Of a DNA stretch of 64,000 nucleotides, positions 8,692-18,452 are shown in pieces; the first letter of the stretch is position 1, and each line of letters starts with the position of its first letter. The notes under the pieces were generated by a model, which was given only the letters and a program-made list of their open reading frames with translations, did not search any database and was not told the DNA's origin. Source of the stretch: an uncultured Actinomycetes bacterium (GTDB lineage Bacteria > Actinomycetota > UBA4738 > JBBDTT01). The stretch is taken from contig CAVUMN010000004.1 in NCBI GenBank assembly GCA_963742735.1, forward strand, positions 192,001 to 256,000, written 5' to 3'. The position numbers and the translations under genes were made by a program.

Positions 8692-9759
8692 GTGACCCGA
8701 CTCAAGCCCGCCCTGCTGGTCCTGATCGCCCTGACGCTGCTGCTGCCCGCCGCCCCCGCCGCCGCCCGGGGCGAGGCGACGCGCCCGCTGCGTGCCCACG
8801 CGGTGGACCGGGGCGTGTACCTGGGGACGATGATCGCGAGCATCGGCCAGCGCTACCGCGGCGAGGAGTCGAACGACAAGCAGTTCCTGCGCCGCGCCTG
8901 CGTCGAGTTCAACATGCTGACTCCGGGCAACGCCCTGAAGTTCGGCGTCGTCCAGCCGAACCGCGGCGCCTTCAACTGGATGCCGGCCGAGGACCTGATG
9001 ACCACGGCCTCCCACTGCGGGATGCGCGTCGTCGGCAACGCCCTCGTGTGGCACGAGCAACTCCCGAGCTGGGTGTACCGATACGACGGTCAGCCACTGA
9101 AGGTTCGGGAGATCCTCAAGCAGCACATCACCCAGGTCGTCCGCCACTTCGCCGGCCGGATCGCCGTGTGGGACGTGGTGAACGAGGCCGTCATGCCGGA
9201 CGGGTCCCTGCGAAACACGTTCTGGCTCCGGAACCTCGGCCCGGGCTACATCGCCGACGCGTTCCGCTGGGCCCACAAGGCCGACCCCGCGGCCAAGCTC
9301 TACTACAACGACTACGGCAACGAGGCCTTCAGCCACAAGAGCAACGCGGTGTACAACTGGGTGAAAGCCTGGCTCGCCCAGCGCGCACCGATCGACGGCG
9401 TGGGGATGCAGGTCCACACCACGATCTACGGCGCCTCCTGGAGGGCGATCGCCGGGAACATGCGCCGCTACGCCGCGCTGCGCCTGGCCACTCGCGTGAG
9501 CGAGATGGACGTCTCACTGATCCGGCCGGTCGGACCGGGGCAGCGCGCCGCCCAGGCGTGGGTCTTCTACAACACCGCCAAGGCTTGCTTCTCGCTGGGA
9601 ACGAACTGCCGGATGTTCACGGTGTGGGGGTTCACCGACCGGTACTGGGGCGACACGAGGACCGGAAAGGGCCGTTGCTGCGGCCTCTTGTTCGACCACG
9701 ACTACAAGCGCAAGCCCGCCTACTACGCCGTCCAAGCCGGTATTTCCCACGCCGAGTGA
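8692..9759 (+). CDS. Secreted GH10 glycoside hydrolase (endo-1,4-beta-xylanase family)
   Basis: Signal peptide (LLVLIALTLLLPAAPAAA), FNMLTPGNALK, LVWHEQLP, WDVVNEA (acid/base), KLYYNDY, IDGVGMQVH, VSEMDV (nucleophile), TVWGFTDRY; AGGAG SD. Confidence 0.9.
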   Translation: MTRLKPALLVLIALTLLLPAAPAAARGEATRPLRAHAVDRGVYLGTMIASIGQRYRGEESNDKQFLRRACVEFNMLTPGNALKFGVVQPNRGAFNWMPAEDLMTTASHCGMRVVGNALVWHEQLPSWVYRYDGQPLKVREILKQHITQVVRHFAGRIAVWDVVNEAVMPDGSLRNTFWLRNLGPGYIADAFRWAHKADPAAKLYYNDYGNEAFSHKSNAVYNWVKAWLAQRAPIDGVGMQVHTTIYGASWRAIAGNMRRYAALRLATRVSEMDVSLIRPVGPGQRAAQAWVFYNTAKACFSLGTNCRMFTVWGFTDRYWGDTRTGKGRCCGLLFDHDYKRKPAYYAVQAGISHAE

Positions 9760-10589
9760 CCTCCCGGGCCCGGGCGCGTCTGTCCTCGCTCGGGACCCGC
9801 CTCCGCCGAAGCCGTCACGAACGCCGCCTCGACCGGGAGGACCGCGCCGCCCGGAAGCGCGACCCGCTGCTGCCGCCCCGCCGGCTCCGGGACCGGGTCG
9901 GCTGGGGGGACTTTCACGGAACGGGCCGGATGTTCGCGGACGCCTTCGTGACCCTCGCCGAGATCGGCCCCCAGGAACGGATCCTGGACCTCGGGTGCGG
10001 CTGTGCCCGGCTGGCCATCCCGCTGATGGACCACCTGTCGGGGACCGGCGCCTACGAGGGGCTCGACGTCATGGCGGAGGCCATCGACTGGGCGTCGGCC
10101 GCGATCACGCCCCGCGCGCCTCGGTTCCGGTTCCAGGTGGCCGACGTCCGCAATGCCTCCTACAACCCGGAGGGCTCGACGGCCGCCGCCGACTACCGCT
10201 TCCCCTATCCGGACGCCGCTTTCGACGTCGCCCTGGCCAACTCGCTGTTCACGCACATGCTGCCGGACGACGTGACCAACTACCTGGGCGAGCTGCAACG
10301 CGTGCTGCGGCCGGGCGGGCGGGCGGTCGTGACGTATTTCCTGATGGACGAGGCGACGCGGGCCCTGGTCGAGGCGGGACGGGCGAGCATCGACATGCGC
10401 CACCACGTGCCTCCGTACTGGACGGCCACTCCCGACAGGCCGGAGCGCGCACTGGGCTATGAGGAGTCCTACGTCCGCGACCTCCACGAACGGGCGGGCC
10501 TGCCCATCCGGAGCCTGTCGCACGGGGGATGGCGCGACGGGTCCGAGGGCGCCCTGTTCCAGGACGTCGTCCTCGCCGACCGGCCCTGA
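9756..10589 (+). CDS. Class I SAM-dependent methyltransferase
   Basis: ILDLGCGCARL, FDVALANSLFTHM, RVLRPGGR, YNP motif typical of glycan-locus methyltransferases; GTGA coupling to GH10. Confidence 0.85.
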   Translation: MTSRARARLSSLGTRLRRSRHERRLDREDRAARKRDPLLPPRRLRDRVGWGDFHGTGRMFADAFVTLAEIGPQERILDLGCGCARLAIPLMDHLSGTGAYEGLDVMAEAIDWASAAITPRAPRFRFQVADVRNASYNPEGSTAAADYRFPYPDAAFDVALANSLFTHMLPDDVTNYLGELQRVLRPGGRAVVTYFLMDEATRALVEAGRASIDMRHHVPPYWTATPDRPERALGYEESYVRDLHERAGLPIRSLSHGGWRDGSEGALFQDVVLADRP

Positions 10590-10592
10590 GAA

Positions 10593-10631
10593 CGCAGAAG
10601 GCCCCCCCGCGTACCGGGAGGGCCCTCTGTG
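10593..10631 (-). terminator. Intrinsic terminator hairpin downstream of groEL (possibly bidirectional)
   Basis: Minus strand ACAGAGGGCCCTCCCG...CGGGGGGGCCTTCTGC pairs with G-U; sits between convergent stop codons. Confidence 0.7.
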
Positions 10632-10648
10632 ATTCGGGGACGCGGACC

Positions 10649-12280
10649 TTAGAACTCGTCCATGCCTCCGCCGGGCATCGCGGGCATGGCCGGGGCCTTC
10701 TCCGGCTTGTCCGCGATCAGGGCCTCGGTCGTGAGGAACAGCGCGGCGATGGACGCGGCGTTCTGGAGGGCCGACCGGGTGACCTTCGCCGGGTCGATGA
10801 TGCCCGCCTTGACCATGTCCACGTACTCGCCGGTGGCCGCGTTGAGGCCGTTGGCGCCGCCCTTCTTTTCGATGAGCGCCCGCACCTTCTCGACCACCAC
10901 GCCACCCTCGAGGCCGGCGTTGTGCGCGATCTGCTTGAGCGGCTCCTCAAGGGCCTTGCGCACGATCAGCGCGCCGGTCGCCTCGTCACCCGTCAGGTCG
11001 AGCTTGTCGAGGCCCGGCTGCGCGGTGACCAGGGCCACGCCGCCGCCGGGGACGATGCCCTCCTCGACGGCCGCCTTGGTCGCCGAGACGGCGTCCTCGA
11101 TGCGGTGCTTCTTCTCCTTGAGCTCGACCTCGGTCGCCGCCCCGACCTTGATCACGGCCACGCCGCCGGACAGCTTCGCGAGGCGCTCCTGGAGCTTCTC
11201 GCGGTCGTAGTCCGAGTCGGTCTTGTCGATCTCGGCCTTGATCTGGTTGATCCGGCCCTTGATCTGCTCGGCGTCGCCGGCGCCCTCCACGATGGTCGTC
11301 TCGTCCTTGGTGACGACGATCTTGCGGGCGGTGCCGAGCATGTCGAGCGTGGTGTTCTCGAGCTTCAGGCCGACCTCCTCGGAGATGACCTGGCCGCCCG
11401 CGAGGATCGCGATGTCCTGGAGCATCGCCTTGCGGCGGTCTCCGAACCCGGGGGCCTTCACCGCGACGGACTTGAACGTGCCGCGGATCTTGTTGACCAC
11501 CAGGGTGGACAGGGCCTCACCGTCGACGTCCTCGGAGATGATCACGAGCGGCTTGCCCGACTGCATGACCTTCTCGAGGACCGGGAGCAGGTCCTTGACC
11601 GCGGAGATCTTCGAGTTCGCGAGCAGGACGTAGGGGTCCTCGAGGACCGCCTCCATCCGCTCGGGGTCGGTCACGAAGTACGCCGAGATGAAGCCCTTGT
11701 CGAAGCGCATGCCCTCGACGAGCTCGAGCTCCATGCCGAAGGTCTGCGACTCCTCGACCGTGATGACGCCGTCCTTGCCGACCTTGTCCATGGCCTCGGC
11801 GATCTGGGCACCGATCTCGGGGTCGCCGGCGGAGATGGAGGCCACGTGGGCGATCTCGTCCTTCTCCTCGACGTCGCGGGCCTGGTTCATGATCGCCTCG
11901 ACGGCGGCCTCGGTCGCGGCCTCGATGCCACGCTTGAGCGACATCGGGTTGGCGCCGGCGGCCACGTTGCGCAGCCCCTCCTTGACCATGGCCTGCGCCA
12001 GGACGGTCGCCGTCGTCGTGCCGTCGCCGGCCACGTCGTTGGTCTTCTTCGCGACCTCCTTGACGAGCTCGGCCCCGATCTTCTCCTGCGGGTCCTCGAG
12101 CTCGATCTCCTTGGCGATCGACACGCCGTCGTTGGTGATCGTCGGCGCGCCCCACTTCTTCTCGAGGACGACGTTGCGGCCCTTCGGCCCGAGGGTGATC
12201 CGGACCGCGTTGGCGAGCTGGTCCATGCCCCGCTCGAGGCCGCGCCGCGCCTCCTCTGCGAACGTGATGATCTTCGACAT
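10649..12280 (-). CDS. groL: Chaperonin GroEL (monocistronic, groEL2-like)
   Basis: [47 protein letters not shown]-type tail; no adjacent groES. Confidence 0.99.
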   Translation of the reverse strand: MSKIITFAEEARRGLERGMDQLANAVRITLGPKGRNVVLEKKWGAPTITNDGVSIAKEIELEDPQEKIGAELVKEVAKKTNDVAGDGTTTATVLAQAMVKEGLRNVAAGANPMSLKRGIEAATEAAVEAIMNQARDVEEKDEIAHVASISAGDPEIGAQIAEAMDKVGKDGVITVEESQTFGMELELVEGMRFDKGFISAYFVTDPERMEAVLEDPYVLLANSKISAVKDLLPVLEKVMQSGKPLVIISEDVDGEALSTLVVNKIRGTFKSVAVKAPGFGDRRKAMLQDIAILAGGQVISEEVGLKLENTTLDMLGTARKIVVTKDETTIVEGAGDAEQIKGRINQIKAEIDKTDSDYDREKLQERLAKLSGGVAVIKVGAATEVELKEKKHRIEDAVSATKAAVEEGIVPGGGVALVTAQPGLDKLDLTGDEATGALIVRKALEEPLKQIAHNAGLEGGVVVEKVRALIEKKGGANGLNAATGEYVDMVKAGIIDPAKVTRSALQNAASIAALFLTTEALIADKPEKAPAMPAMPGGGMDEF

Positions 12281-12319
12281 GTGGCTCCTCCTGTAGACCC
12301 TGCGAAAAGGTGACGGTGA

Positions 12320-12346
12320 CTGGCACTCTCGCAGGGAGAGTGCTAA
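12320..12346 (-). promoter_or_regulatory. CIRCE element (HrcA operator) with upstream -10 TAGAAT (12352-12357)
   Basis: CTGGCACTC-N9-GAGTGCTAA against the consensus TTAGCACTC-N9-GAGTGCTAA, 40 bp upstream of groEL. Confidence 0.92.
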
Positions 12347-12364
12347 CCGCGATTCTAGGAGCCC

Positions 12365-13222
12365 TCAGCGCGATCCGGCAACCCGGACCCACACCCCGCG
12401 GGCGCTCAGCAGGGCCCGGCCCCATGTGGCGTTGTGGCGCCGGAACCGAGCGACGTCCGCCTCGGTGAGCCCGGCCTCGATCCGCAGCGCGGCGAAACGG
12501 ACGAGGGCGGCCCGGTACAGGACCTCGTCCAGGCGGGTGCAAAGGCCGATCAGCCCCTCGAGCTCGGGGGAGGGCGGATCCCGCTCGGCCTCCGCGGCCG
12601 GCCGCGGCGCGCCGACGTTTCGGCGGACGTACCAGGGCGGCCGGGTCCAGCCCAGCCGGCGGGCCATCAGGAGCAGGCTCTCGTCGAACCGCTCGGTGAT
12701 CCCGATGATCGGGACGGTCTCGAGGTTGGCCAGGGCGCGCTCCAGCGTGGCGTCGGCCGCCTCGCCGAACGGCAGGTGCGGGTCCTCGCCCAGGAACCGA
12801 ACCTGGGCGTTGTCCATCTCCGGCATCAGCCCGGCTTCGAGGAACCCTTGGAGCGAGAGGCCGCGGCGGGCGATCGCCTCGTGGAAGGGGTGGGCCGGCG
12901 TGGCCGCCGCGAAGCGATAGGCGGAGGTCAGGCGCGCGCGGGGCTCGCGGAGCATCGTGGCGTACACGGCGGGCCGGCCAAGCTCGCGATGCAGCCCGTA
13001 GGCCATGTGCCCGAAGAACAGCCGGTGCGCCGGCGTCCGGCGCTCGCGGAGCCGCCGGTAGGCCTCCTCGCCGGGCCAGAACGCCCCGCCCATCGCGAAC
13101 CGCTCCCGGGCGGGAAACTGGCGGGCCAGGACGCGGCCGAGGGTCGTGCCCGCGGTCTTCGGCAGGTGGACGAACACGAGCGCGGCGGAGCCGCCCGGGC
13201 CGGCCTCGCTCGGCTCGGTCAT
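12365..13222 (-). CDS. PAPS-dependent sulfotransferase (Sulfotransfer_2-like)
   Basis: FVHLPKTAGTT (5'-PSB), LREPRARLTSAY (3'-PB), DNAQVR, GITERFDESL. Confidence 0.85.
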   Translation of the reverse strand: MTEPSEAGPGGSAALVFVHLPKTAGTTLGRVLARQFPARERFAMGGAFWPGEEAYRRLRERRTPAHRLFFGHMAYGLHRELGRPAVYATMLREPRARLTSAYRFAAATPAHPFHEAIARRGLSLQGFLEAGLMPEMDNAQVRFLGEDPHLPFGEAADATLERALANLETVPIIGITERFDESLLLMARRLGWTRPPWYVRRNVGAPRPAAEAERDPPSPELEGLIGLCTRLDEVLYRAALVRFAALRIEAGLTEADVARFRRHNATWGRALLSARGVWVRVAGSR

Positions 13223-14004
13223 CGCCGAGCCAGAACGCCCGCGACCGAGTAGGCGGCGTTCGCGGCCCGGAACGCCGCCAGGCGCACGGCGGCAGCTGGC
13301 AAGGCGCGCAGCTGCTCCTCGAGCCGGGCCGCGGCGAACGCGTGGAGCTCGGCGTCGTGGAGGTTGGCGTCCCGGACGGCGGCCAGGTCCTGGGGCGTGA
13401 CCGTGGTCCGGGGCTCGCGGGTCACGTTGCGATTGAGATACACGATCCGCCGCCGCCACCCGAGCGCGGCCCGCATCACGAGCAGCGAGGCGTCGAAACG
13501 CTCCGAGACGCCGGCCACCGCGAACCGCTCCCGCAGGTTCCGTTTCGCGGCCTCCAGGTGGTCACGGGTCACCGAGCCGAACTCGACGAACGGCTCGCCG
13601 GACAGCAGCCTGACCTGGCCGTTGTCGAGCTCCAGCGAGGTCCGCTCGAGGACGTAGTCGCCGACGGTCATGCCCGGCCGGATCCGGTCGTGGAGCTCGT
13701 GGTCCGGGTAGCCCTTCACGAAGTGAAAATGGGAGATCACCCGTTCGACGGGCTCGCGGATCATGGTCACGTAGGTCGTCGGCGAACGGAGCCATTCGTG
13801 CAGCCCGAACGGCATGTGTCCCATCAGGAACCGGACGCGGTGGCGGCGTTCCTCCGGCCAGGCCTTGAAGGCGGCGATGCTCTCCCAGATCGGCAGGCGG
13901 ATGACATGGGTCTCGGCCGGGTCGTACTGGCGGACCATGACGCCCCGCAGGGTGGACCCCGCGGCCTTCGGGATGTGGACGAACACCACGGTGGGCGTCG
14001 TCAC
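13219..14004 (-). CDS. PAPS-dependent sulfotransferase (Sulfotransfer_2-like)
   Basis: FVHIPKAAGST, GHMPFGLH, IREPVERVISHF, DNGQVR, GVSERFDASL; coupled on both sides. Confidence 0.85.
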   Translation of the reverse strand: MTTPTVVFVHIPKAAGSTLRGVMVRQYDPAETHVIRLPIWESIAAFKAWPEERRHRVRFLMGHMPFGLHEWLRSPTTYVTMIREPVERVISHFHFVKGYPDHELHDRIRPGMTVGDYVLERTSLELDNGQVRLLSGEPFVEFGSVTRDHLEAAKRNLRERFAVAGVSERFDASLLVMRAALGWRRRIVYLNRNVTREPRTTVTPQDLAAVRDANLHDAELHAFAAARLEEQLRALPAAAVRLAAFRAANAAYSVAGVLARR

Positions 14005-14846
14005 GTCGAGCGGCGGCCCGGGACCCGGCGAGCCAGCGCCTTCGCCGCGCGGCGGGGCGGGGCGATCAGGGGGTAGACGCGATTCAGCGCGCGGTTGGTC
14101 CGGGCGAACGCCGACACCTCGCGGGCGAAGGGCTCGCCCCCGGCGGCCACCCGCCCGGCGAACCGATCGGTCGCGTACGCGTACAGCTCCAGGTCGAGAC
14201 GGTTGTGAGCGCGGAGGGCGTCGGCGGTCCGCGCGTCGAGCGCGTTCCGCGGCCGGCCCCGCGTCGGGTTCTGGCGCGTGTAGTACAGGGACCGATGCCA
14301 CCCGAGCGCGTCGCGGAGCAGCATGAGCGTCTCGTCGAAGCGCTCCGAGAGCCCCGCCAGCGCGAAGCGCTCGTCGAGGTTCCGGACGGCCTGCTCCAGG
14401 TGGGCCTCGGTCATCTCGCCGAACGGCACGAACGCCGCGCCCGCGACGAGTCGCACCTGGCCGTTGTCCAGGTCGGCGGCCACGCCGCTCTCCAGATAGG
14501 CCACCAGGTCCCCCGCCACCGCGTGCGCCTTCAGGTCGTGCTCGGGGCGCTCGCGGACCCAGTAGTAGTGCGACACCGCGCGGTCGAGGGGCTCGCGCAG
14601 GAGGGTGATGTACGTGGACGGCCGCGGCAGGAACTCGTGGAGGCCGAACGGCATGTGGCCGCGAAGGAGCCGGATCCGGGCCCGGTCGGCCTCGGGAGAC
14701 GCCTTGAAGGCATCGAGCGTCTCCCAGTCGACTGAGGCGATCTCCTCCGGCCGGTACTGGCGGTCGGTCAGGCTGCGGAGCGTGGTCCCCGCCGTCTTGT
14801 GGATGTGCAGGAAGACGACGGCGTCGCGTGGGGCGGTCGGCGTCAC
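14001..14846 (-). CDS. PAPS-dependent sulfotransferase (Sulfotransfer_2-like)
   Basis: FLHIHKTAGTT, GHMPFGLH, LREPLDRAVSHY, DNGQVR, GLSERFDETL. Confidence 0.85.
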   Translation of the reverse strand: MTPTAPRDAVVFLHIHKTAGTTLRSLTDRQYRPEEIASVDWETLDAFKASPEADRARIRLLRGHMPFGLHEFLPRPSTYITLLREPLDRAVSHYYWVRERPEHDLKAHAVAGDLVAYLESGVAADLDNGQVRLVAGAAFVPFGEMTEAHLEQAVRNLDERFALAGLSERFDETLMLLRDALGWHRSLYYTRQNPTRGRPRNALDARTADALRAHNRLDLELYAYATDRFAGRVAAGGEPFAREVSAFARTNRALNRVYPLIAPPRRAAKALARRVPGRRST

Positions 14847-14881
14847 GGGCCGAGTGTAGGCGGCGTCTACGATGCGGTCCT
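14847..14881. promoter_or_regulatory. Back-to-back probable leaderless promoters
   Basis: Minus TACACT (14853-14858) 6 nt before GTG 14846; plus TACGAT (14868-14873) 8 nt before ATG 14882. Confidence 0.55.
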
Positions 14882-16363
14882 ATGGGTCGGGCGATCGTGG
14901 TGGGTCTGGACGGGGCGACCTGGGACGTCCTGGACCCGCTCATGGAGCGCGGCCTGATGCCCAACCTCCGCCGGCTCGCCGGCTCCGGCGCGCGCGCGCC
15001 GCTGGCCTCGACGCTGCCGAGCTGGACCCCGCCCGGGTGGACCTCGATCGCCACCGGCCTGAACCCGGGCAACCACGGGATCCTCTACGCGGCCACGGTG
15101 CTCCCGGGCGAGTATCCGGGCGCCGCGGTGGGCGGGGTTCCCGGGCGGCCGCTCTCGGCCCTCGACGTGCACGGCGCGCCGCTGTGGCGGGCCGCCTCGG
15201 CCGCCGGCCGGCGTACCTGCGTGCTGCTGGTTCCCCTCACCTACCCGCCCGAGCCGCTGAACGGCACGCTCGTCGCGGGCATGTTCCGTCCTCGGGAGGC
15301 GTCGGATTACGTGCACCCCGCGTCGGAGGCGGCCGCGCCCGAGCGATGGCGGTTCGACCCGGAGTCGGTGCTGCGCGGGGGCGACGCCCGCGAGGACGAC
15401 CCCGGCGAGGTGGTCCGCGACCTCCGGGCCATCACCGAGGAGAACGCCCGGACCTTCGCCGAGCAGCTCGCCCGCGAGCCGTGGGACCTGTTCTTCGCGG
15501 TGTTCATGGCTCCGGACCGGCTGTCGCACTACGTGTGGGACCGGATGACGGACCCCGACCCGTCGGACCCCCTGGACGCCGACATCATCGGTACGTTCGC
15601 CGCGATCGATGGCTTCCTGGGGCGGGCGGCCGAGGAGCGCGACGCGACGATCGTGCTCGTCTCGGATCACGGGTCCGGATCCGCGCCGGTCGACCGGGTG
15701 AACGTGATCCGCGTCCTGGAGGAGGCCGGCCTGTGGGCGGCGGACTGGGAGCGGACCGCCGTCTTCCCGCTGTTCAGCGGCGACCTGCACATGGTGGGCC
15801 TCGCCGCGAACGAGACGGGCCGGTGGCCCCACGGCTCGATCCCACCGGAGCGCGCCGGCGGGGTCCTCGACGTCGCGGAGCGCGCCCTGTTGGCGGTGCG
15901 TGGGGACGACGGGGCCCCGGTGGTGACGCGGGTCCACCGCGACGTCTACCGGGGGCCGTTCTCGGGCGCGTTCGCCGACCGGATTGCCGAGCTCGACCCG
16001 CGGTACATGGCGACGGGGAGCTCGGGCGGGCCGATGTTCGAGCCACACCGCGACCCCGCGACGTCATGGGGTGGCCACCGCCGCGACGGGATCCTGCTGC
16101 TCTCCGGGTCGGGGGTCCGGTCGGGCGCCCTCTCGGGCACGCCCGGCGTCGAGGACGTCGCTCCCACGGTCATGGCCCTGCTCGGCCTGGCGTTCGCCGA
16201 CCCGGTGGACGGAAGGGTCCTCGACGAGGTGCTGGCGCCGGCGGAGGTTCAGCCGGCGCCTCGCGTGCCGGCATCACGCCACGGGCCGGCCGCCGCCGGT
16301 GTGACGCCCGGCGAGGAGACCGAGATCGAGGGGATGCTCCGCGGGTTGGGCTACATCGAGTAG
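14882..16363 (+). CDS. Alkaline-phosphatase superfamily, type I phosphodiesterase / nucleotide pyrophosphatase-like
   Basis: VVGLDGAT, STLPSWTPPGWTSIATG (Thr nucleophile), PDRLSH, VSDHG, GGHRRDG, DVAPT, C-terminal LRGLGYIE; no signal peptide. Confidence 0.85.
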   Translation: MGRAIVVGLDGATWDVLDPLMERGLMPNLRRLAGSGARAPLASTLPSWTPPGWTSIATGLNPGNHGILYAATVLPGEYPGAAVGGVPGRPLSALDVHGAPLWRAASAAGRRTCVLLVPLTYPPEPLNGTLVAGMFRPREASDYVHPASEAAAPERWRFDPESVLRGGDAREDDPGEVVRDLRAITEENARTFAEQLAREPWDLFFAVFMAPDRLSHYVWDRMTDPDPSDPLDADIIGTFAAIDGFLGRAAEERDATIVLVSDHGSGSAPVDRVNVIRVLEEAGLWAADWERTAVFPLFSGDLHMVGLAANETGRWPHGSIPPERAGGVLDVAERALLAVRGDDGAPVVTRVHRDVYRGPFSGAFADRIAELDPRYMATGSSGGPMFEPHRDPATSWGGHRRDGILLLSGSGVRSGALSGTPGVEDVAPTVMALLGLAFADPVDGRVLDEVLAPAEVQPAPRVPASRHGPAAAGVTPGEETEIEGMLRGLGYIE

Positions 16364-16404
16364 CGGTAGGCTCGCGAGGAGATGGCCCGCCGCCTCGCCC
16401 TCCT

Positions 16405-16680
16405 GAGCTGGTCGCCGTCCGCGCCGCCGTCATCCGGGCGACCACGGACACCGGATCGGTCGACGCCTCGCTGGTCACGCCGGCGAGGGCGCTGACCGGC
16501 CTCGGCGACAACGGCGACGTGAGCTTCCGGGTCCCGGCGGGGCGCTACGCGGTCACCGCGGCGGCCGACCTGGGCGACGTGGTCATCCGCGGGATCACCC
16601 GCGACCGCCGAGCCGCGCGGACGATCGTCGCCCGCGCCGACGTCGGCGACGTGTCGATCTCCCGCCTGCGGGCCAGCTAG
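16405..16680 (+). pseudogene. C-terminal remnant of a DUF4097 (beta-strand repeat) family gene
   Basis: Repeats ATTDTGSV / GDNGDV / AADLGDV / RADVGDV and VPAGRYAVT; no plausible in-frame start or N-terminus. Confidence 0.5.
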
Positions 16681-16692
16681 CCGCCGCCTGCT

Positions 16693-17451
16693 TCAGGGCC
16701 CGAACGGGGAACGGCGCACGGCCAGGATCGCGGTGTTCATCCCCAGCTGACGTCCCGCCCGGCGCCCGGGGGCCAGCGGTCCCTCGCCGAGCCGGCGGAA
16801 GGCGCGCTCGCCGATGCCGGACGACGCCACCTTCGCGAACCAGCCGGCCCCGCCGGCGAGGCCCAGGCCGGGGTCCAGCCCCTCCTCCCACAGGATCTCG
16901 TACCAGGGCGCGATCGCCGCGCGCAGACGGCCCCGGGTCATGAACGCCTCGAACCCGCCGATGTGCGCGCCCCAGGGGTTCCAGTCGTGGCGGCCCGATC
17001 GCCAGTCGCGCCACAGCTTGCGCAGGCCGGCGCCGTTCGCGTAGTTCGGCGCGGTCACGAACAGCAGGCCGCCGGGTCGCGTTACCCGGCCCGCCTCGGC
17101 GACGACCGAGTTGGGGTCGCGGACGTGCTCGAGGACCTCGGTGATGACCACCAGGCCGAACGCGCCGTCGCGGAACGGCAGCCGCCCCCCGTCCGCCCCG
17201 GCCACGCCCACCTGCGGGTGCGCGGCCCGGGCCTCGCGGAGGGCGCGGATGGAGAGGTCGACGCCGGTGGTGTCGAGGCCCCGCCCGGTGAGCGTGGGCA
17301 GGTTGCCCCCGACGCCGCAGCCGATCTCGAGGGCCGGTCCGGCCGGGCGACGGTCGTCGAGGGCCCGTCCGAGACGCCACGGCACGTAGCCCGGCGCGGT
17401 GTGGTCTCCGCGCAGGCTGTGGTGGCGATAGAAGGCAGCGGGGTCGCTCAT
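16693..17451 (-). CDS. Class I SAM-dependent methyltransferase (Methyltransf_11-like)
   Basis: LEIGCGVG, GVDLS, DGGRLPFRDGAF, EVLEHV, RVTRPGG, TAPN. Confidence 0.88.
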   Translation of the reverse strand: MSDPAAFYRHHSLRGDHTAPGYVPWRLGRALDDRRPAGPALEIGCGVGGNLPTLTGRGLDTTGVDLSIRALREARAAHPQVGVAGADGGRLPFRDGAFGLVVITEVLEHVRDPNSVVAEAGRVTRPGGLLFVTAPNYANGAGLRKLWRDWRSGRHDWNPWGAHIGGFEAFMTRGRLRAAIAPWYEILWEEGLDPGLGLAGGAGWFAKVASSGIGERAFRRLGEGPLAPGRRAGRQLGMNTAILAVRRSPFGP

Positions 17452-17497
17452 CGGCACGTGGGAGGGGCTGGGGAGCGCCGATGATACCCTCGGCCGC

Positions 17498-18439
17498 GTG
17501 CCTCCCGGCCTCCTCTCCGTGGTGATCCCGACGTACAACCGCGCCCCGTCACTGGACGCGCTGCTCCGCTCGCTGGCCTCCCAGCGCGACCCGGGGGCGT
17601 TCGAGGTCCTCGCCGTCGACGACGGGTCGACCGACGACACGCCCGCCGTCGCCACGCGCTGGATGGACGACGCGACGTTCGCGTTCGAGTACGTCCCGCT
17701 CCAGCACCGAGGGCCGGCCGGCGTCCGCAACGAGGGCCTGCGCCGGGCCCGCGGGGAGATCGTCGTCTTCATCGACGACGACGAGCTCGCCGACGCGGGG
17801 CTCCTCGCCGCGCACCGCGCCGCCCACGAGGCCCACCCCGGCGCGAACCAGGCCGTGCTGGGGCTGGTCGACTGGGCGCCCGGTGTTCGGATCACCCGGT
17901 TCATCCGGTGGCTCGACCGCAGCGGCCTCCAGTTCAACTTCCCGTTCCTCGAGCCCGGCCGGATCCGGCCGGTGTACGGGTCCTTCGTGACCGCGAACCT
18001 GTCGGTCAAGCGCTCGTTCCTGCTCGAGCGGGGGCTGCTGTTCGACGAGCGGTTCCCGTATCCGGCGTTCGAGGACACCGAGCTCGGCTGGCGGCTCGAG
18101 AACGAGGGCTACGAGCTCTACTACCACCCGGAGGCCCTCGCCCTGCACGCCCGGCAGTTCGACCTGCGGGGGTTCGCGGCGCGGATGGAACGCGTCGGCG
18201 AGTCGGCGCCGCTGTTCCAGCAGGCGCGCCCGGACTTCCCGTTCGAGGAGGGCTACTTCCGTCGAGGACCCCTCGGATGGAAGGCATGGGCGGTGCGGCT
18301 GGGCGCGCCGTGGCTGCGCGCGTTCGGGCCCGACCGGCTGGCCGGCCGGTACTACGACGACGTGGCCCACCGCGCGTACACCCGGGGTGTGGCTCGCGCG
18401 CGAACCGGTGGGTTGGCGGGCGATTCGCCACCCCGGTAG
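17498..18439 (+). CDS. GT2 glycosyltransferase
   Basis: SVVIPTYNR, VDDGSTD, GPAGVRNEG, FIDDD, FDERF, EDTELGWRL; TACCCT -10 7 nt upstream. Confidence 0.92.
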   Translation: MPPGLLSVVIPTYNRAPSLDALLRSLASQRDPGAFEVLAVDDGSTDDTPAVATRWMDDATFAFEYVPLQHRGPAGVRNEGLRRARGEIVVFIDDDELADAGLLAAHRAAHEAHPGANQAVLGLVDWAPGVRITRFIRWLDRSGLQFNFPFLEPGRIRPVYGSFVTANLSVKRSFLLERGLLFDERFPYPAFEDTELGWRLENEGYELYYHPEALALHARQFDLRGFAARMERVGESAPLFQQARPDFPFEEGYFRRGPLGWKAWAVRLGAPWLRAFGPDRLAGRYYDDVAHRAYTRGVARARTGGLAGDSPPR

Positions 18440-18452
18440 GCTCGCCGGCGTT

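Noticed and set aside
10649-12280. Absence of groES next to groEL
   Set aside because: A monocistronic second groEL is normal in actinobacteria.
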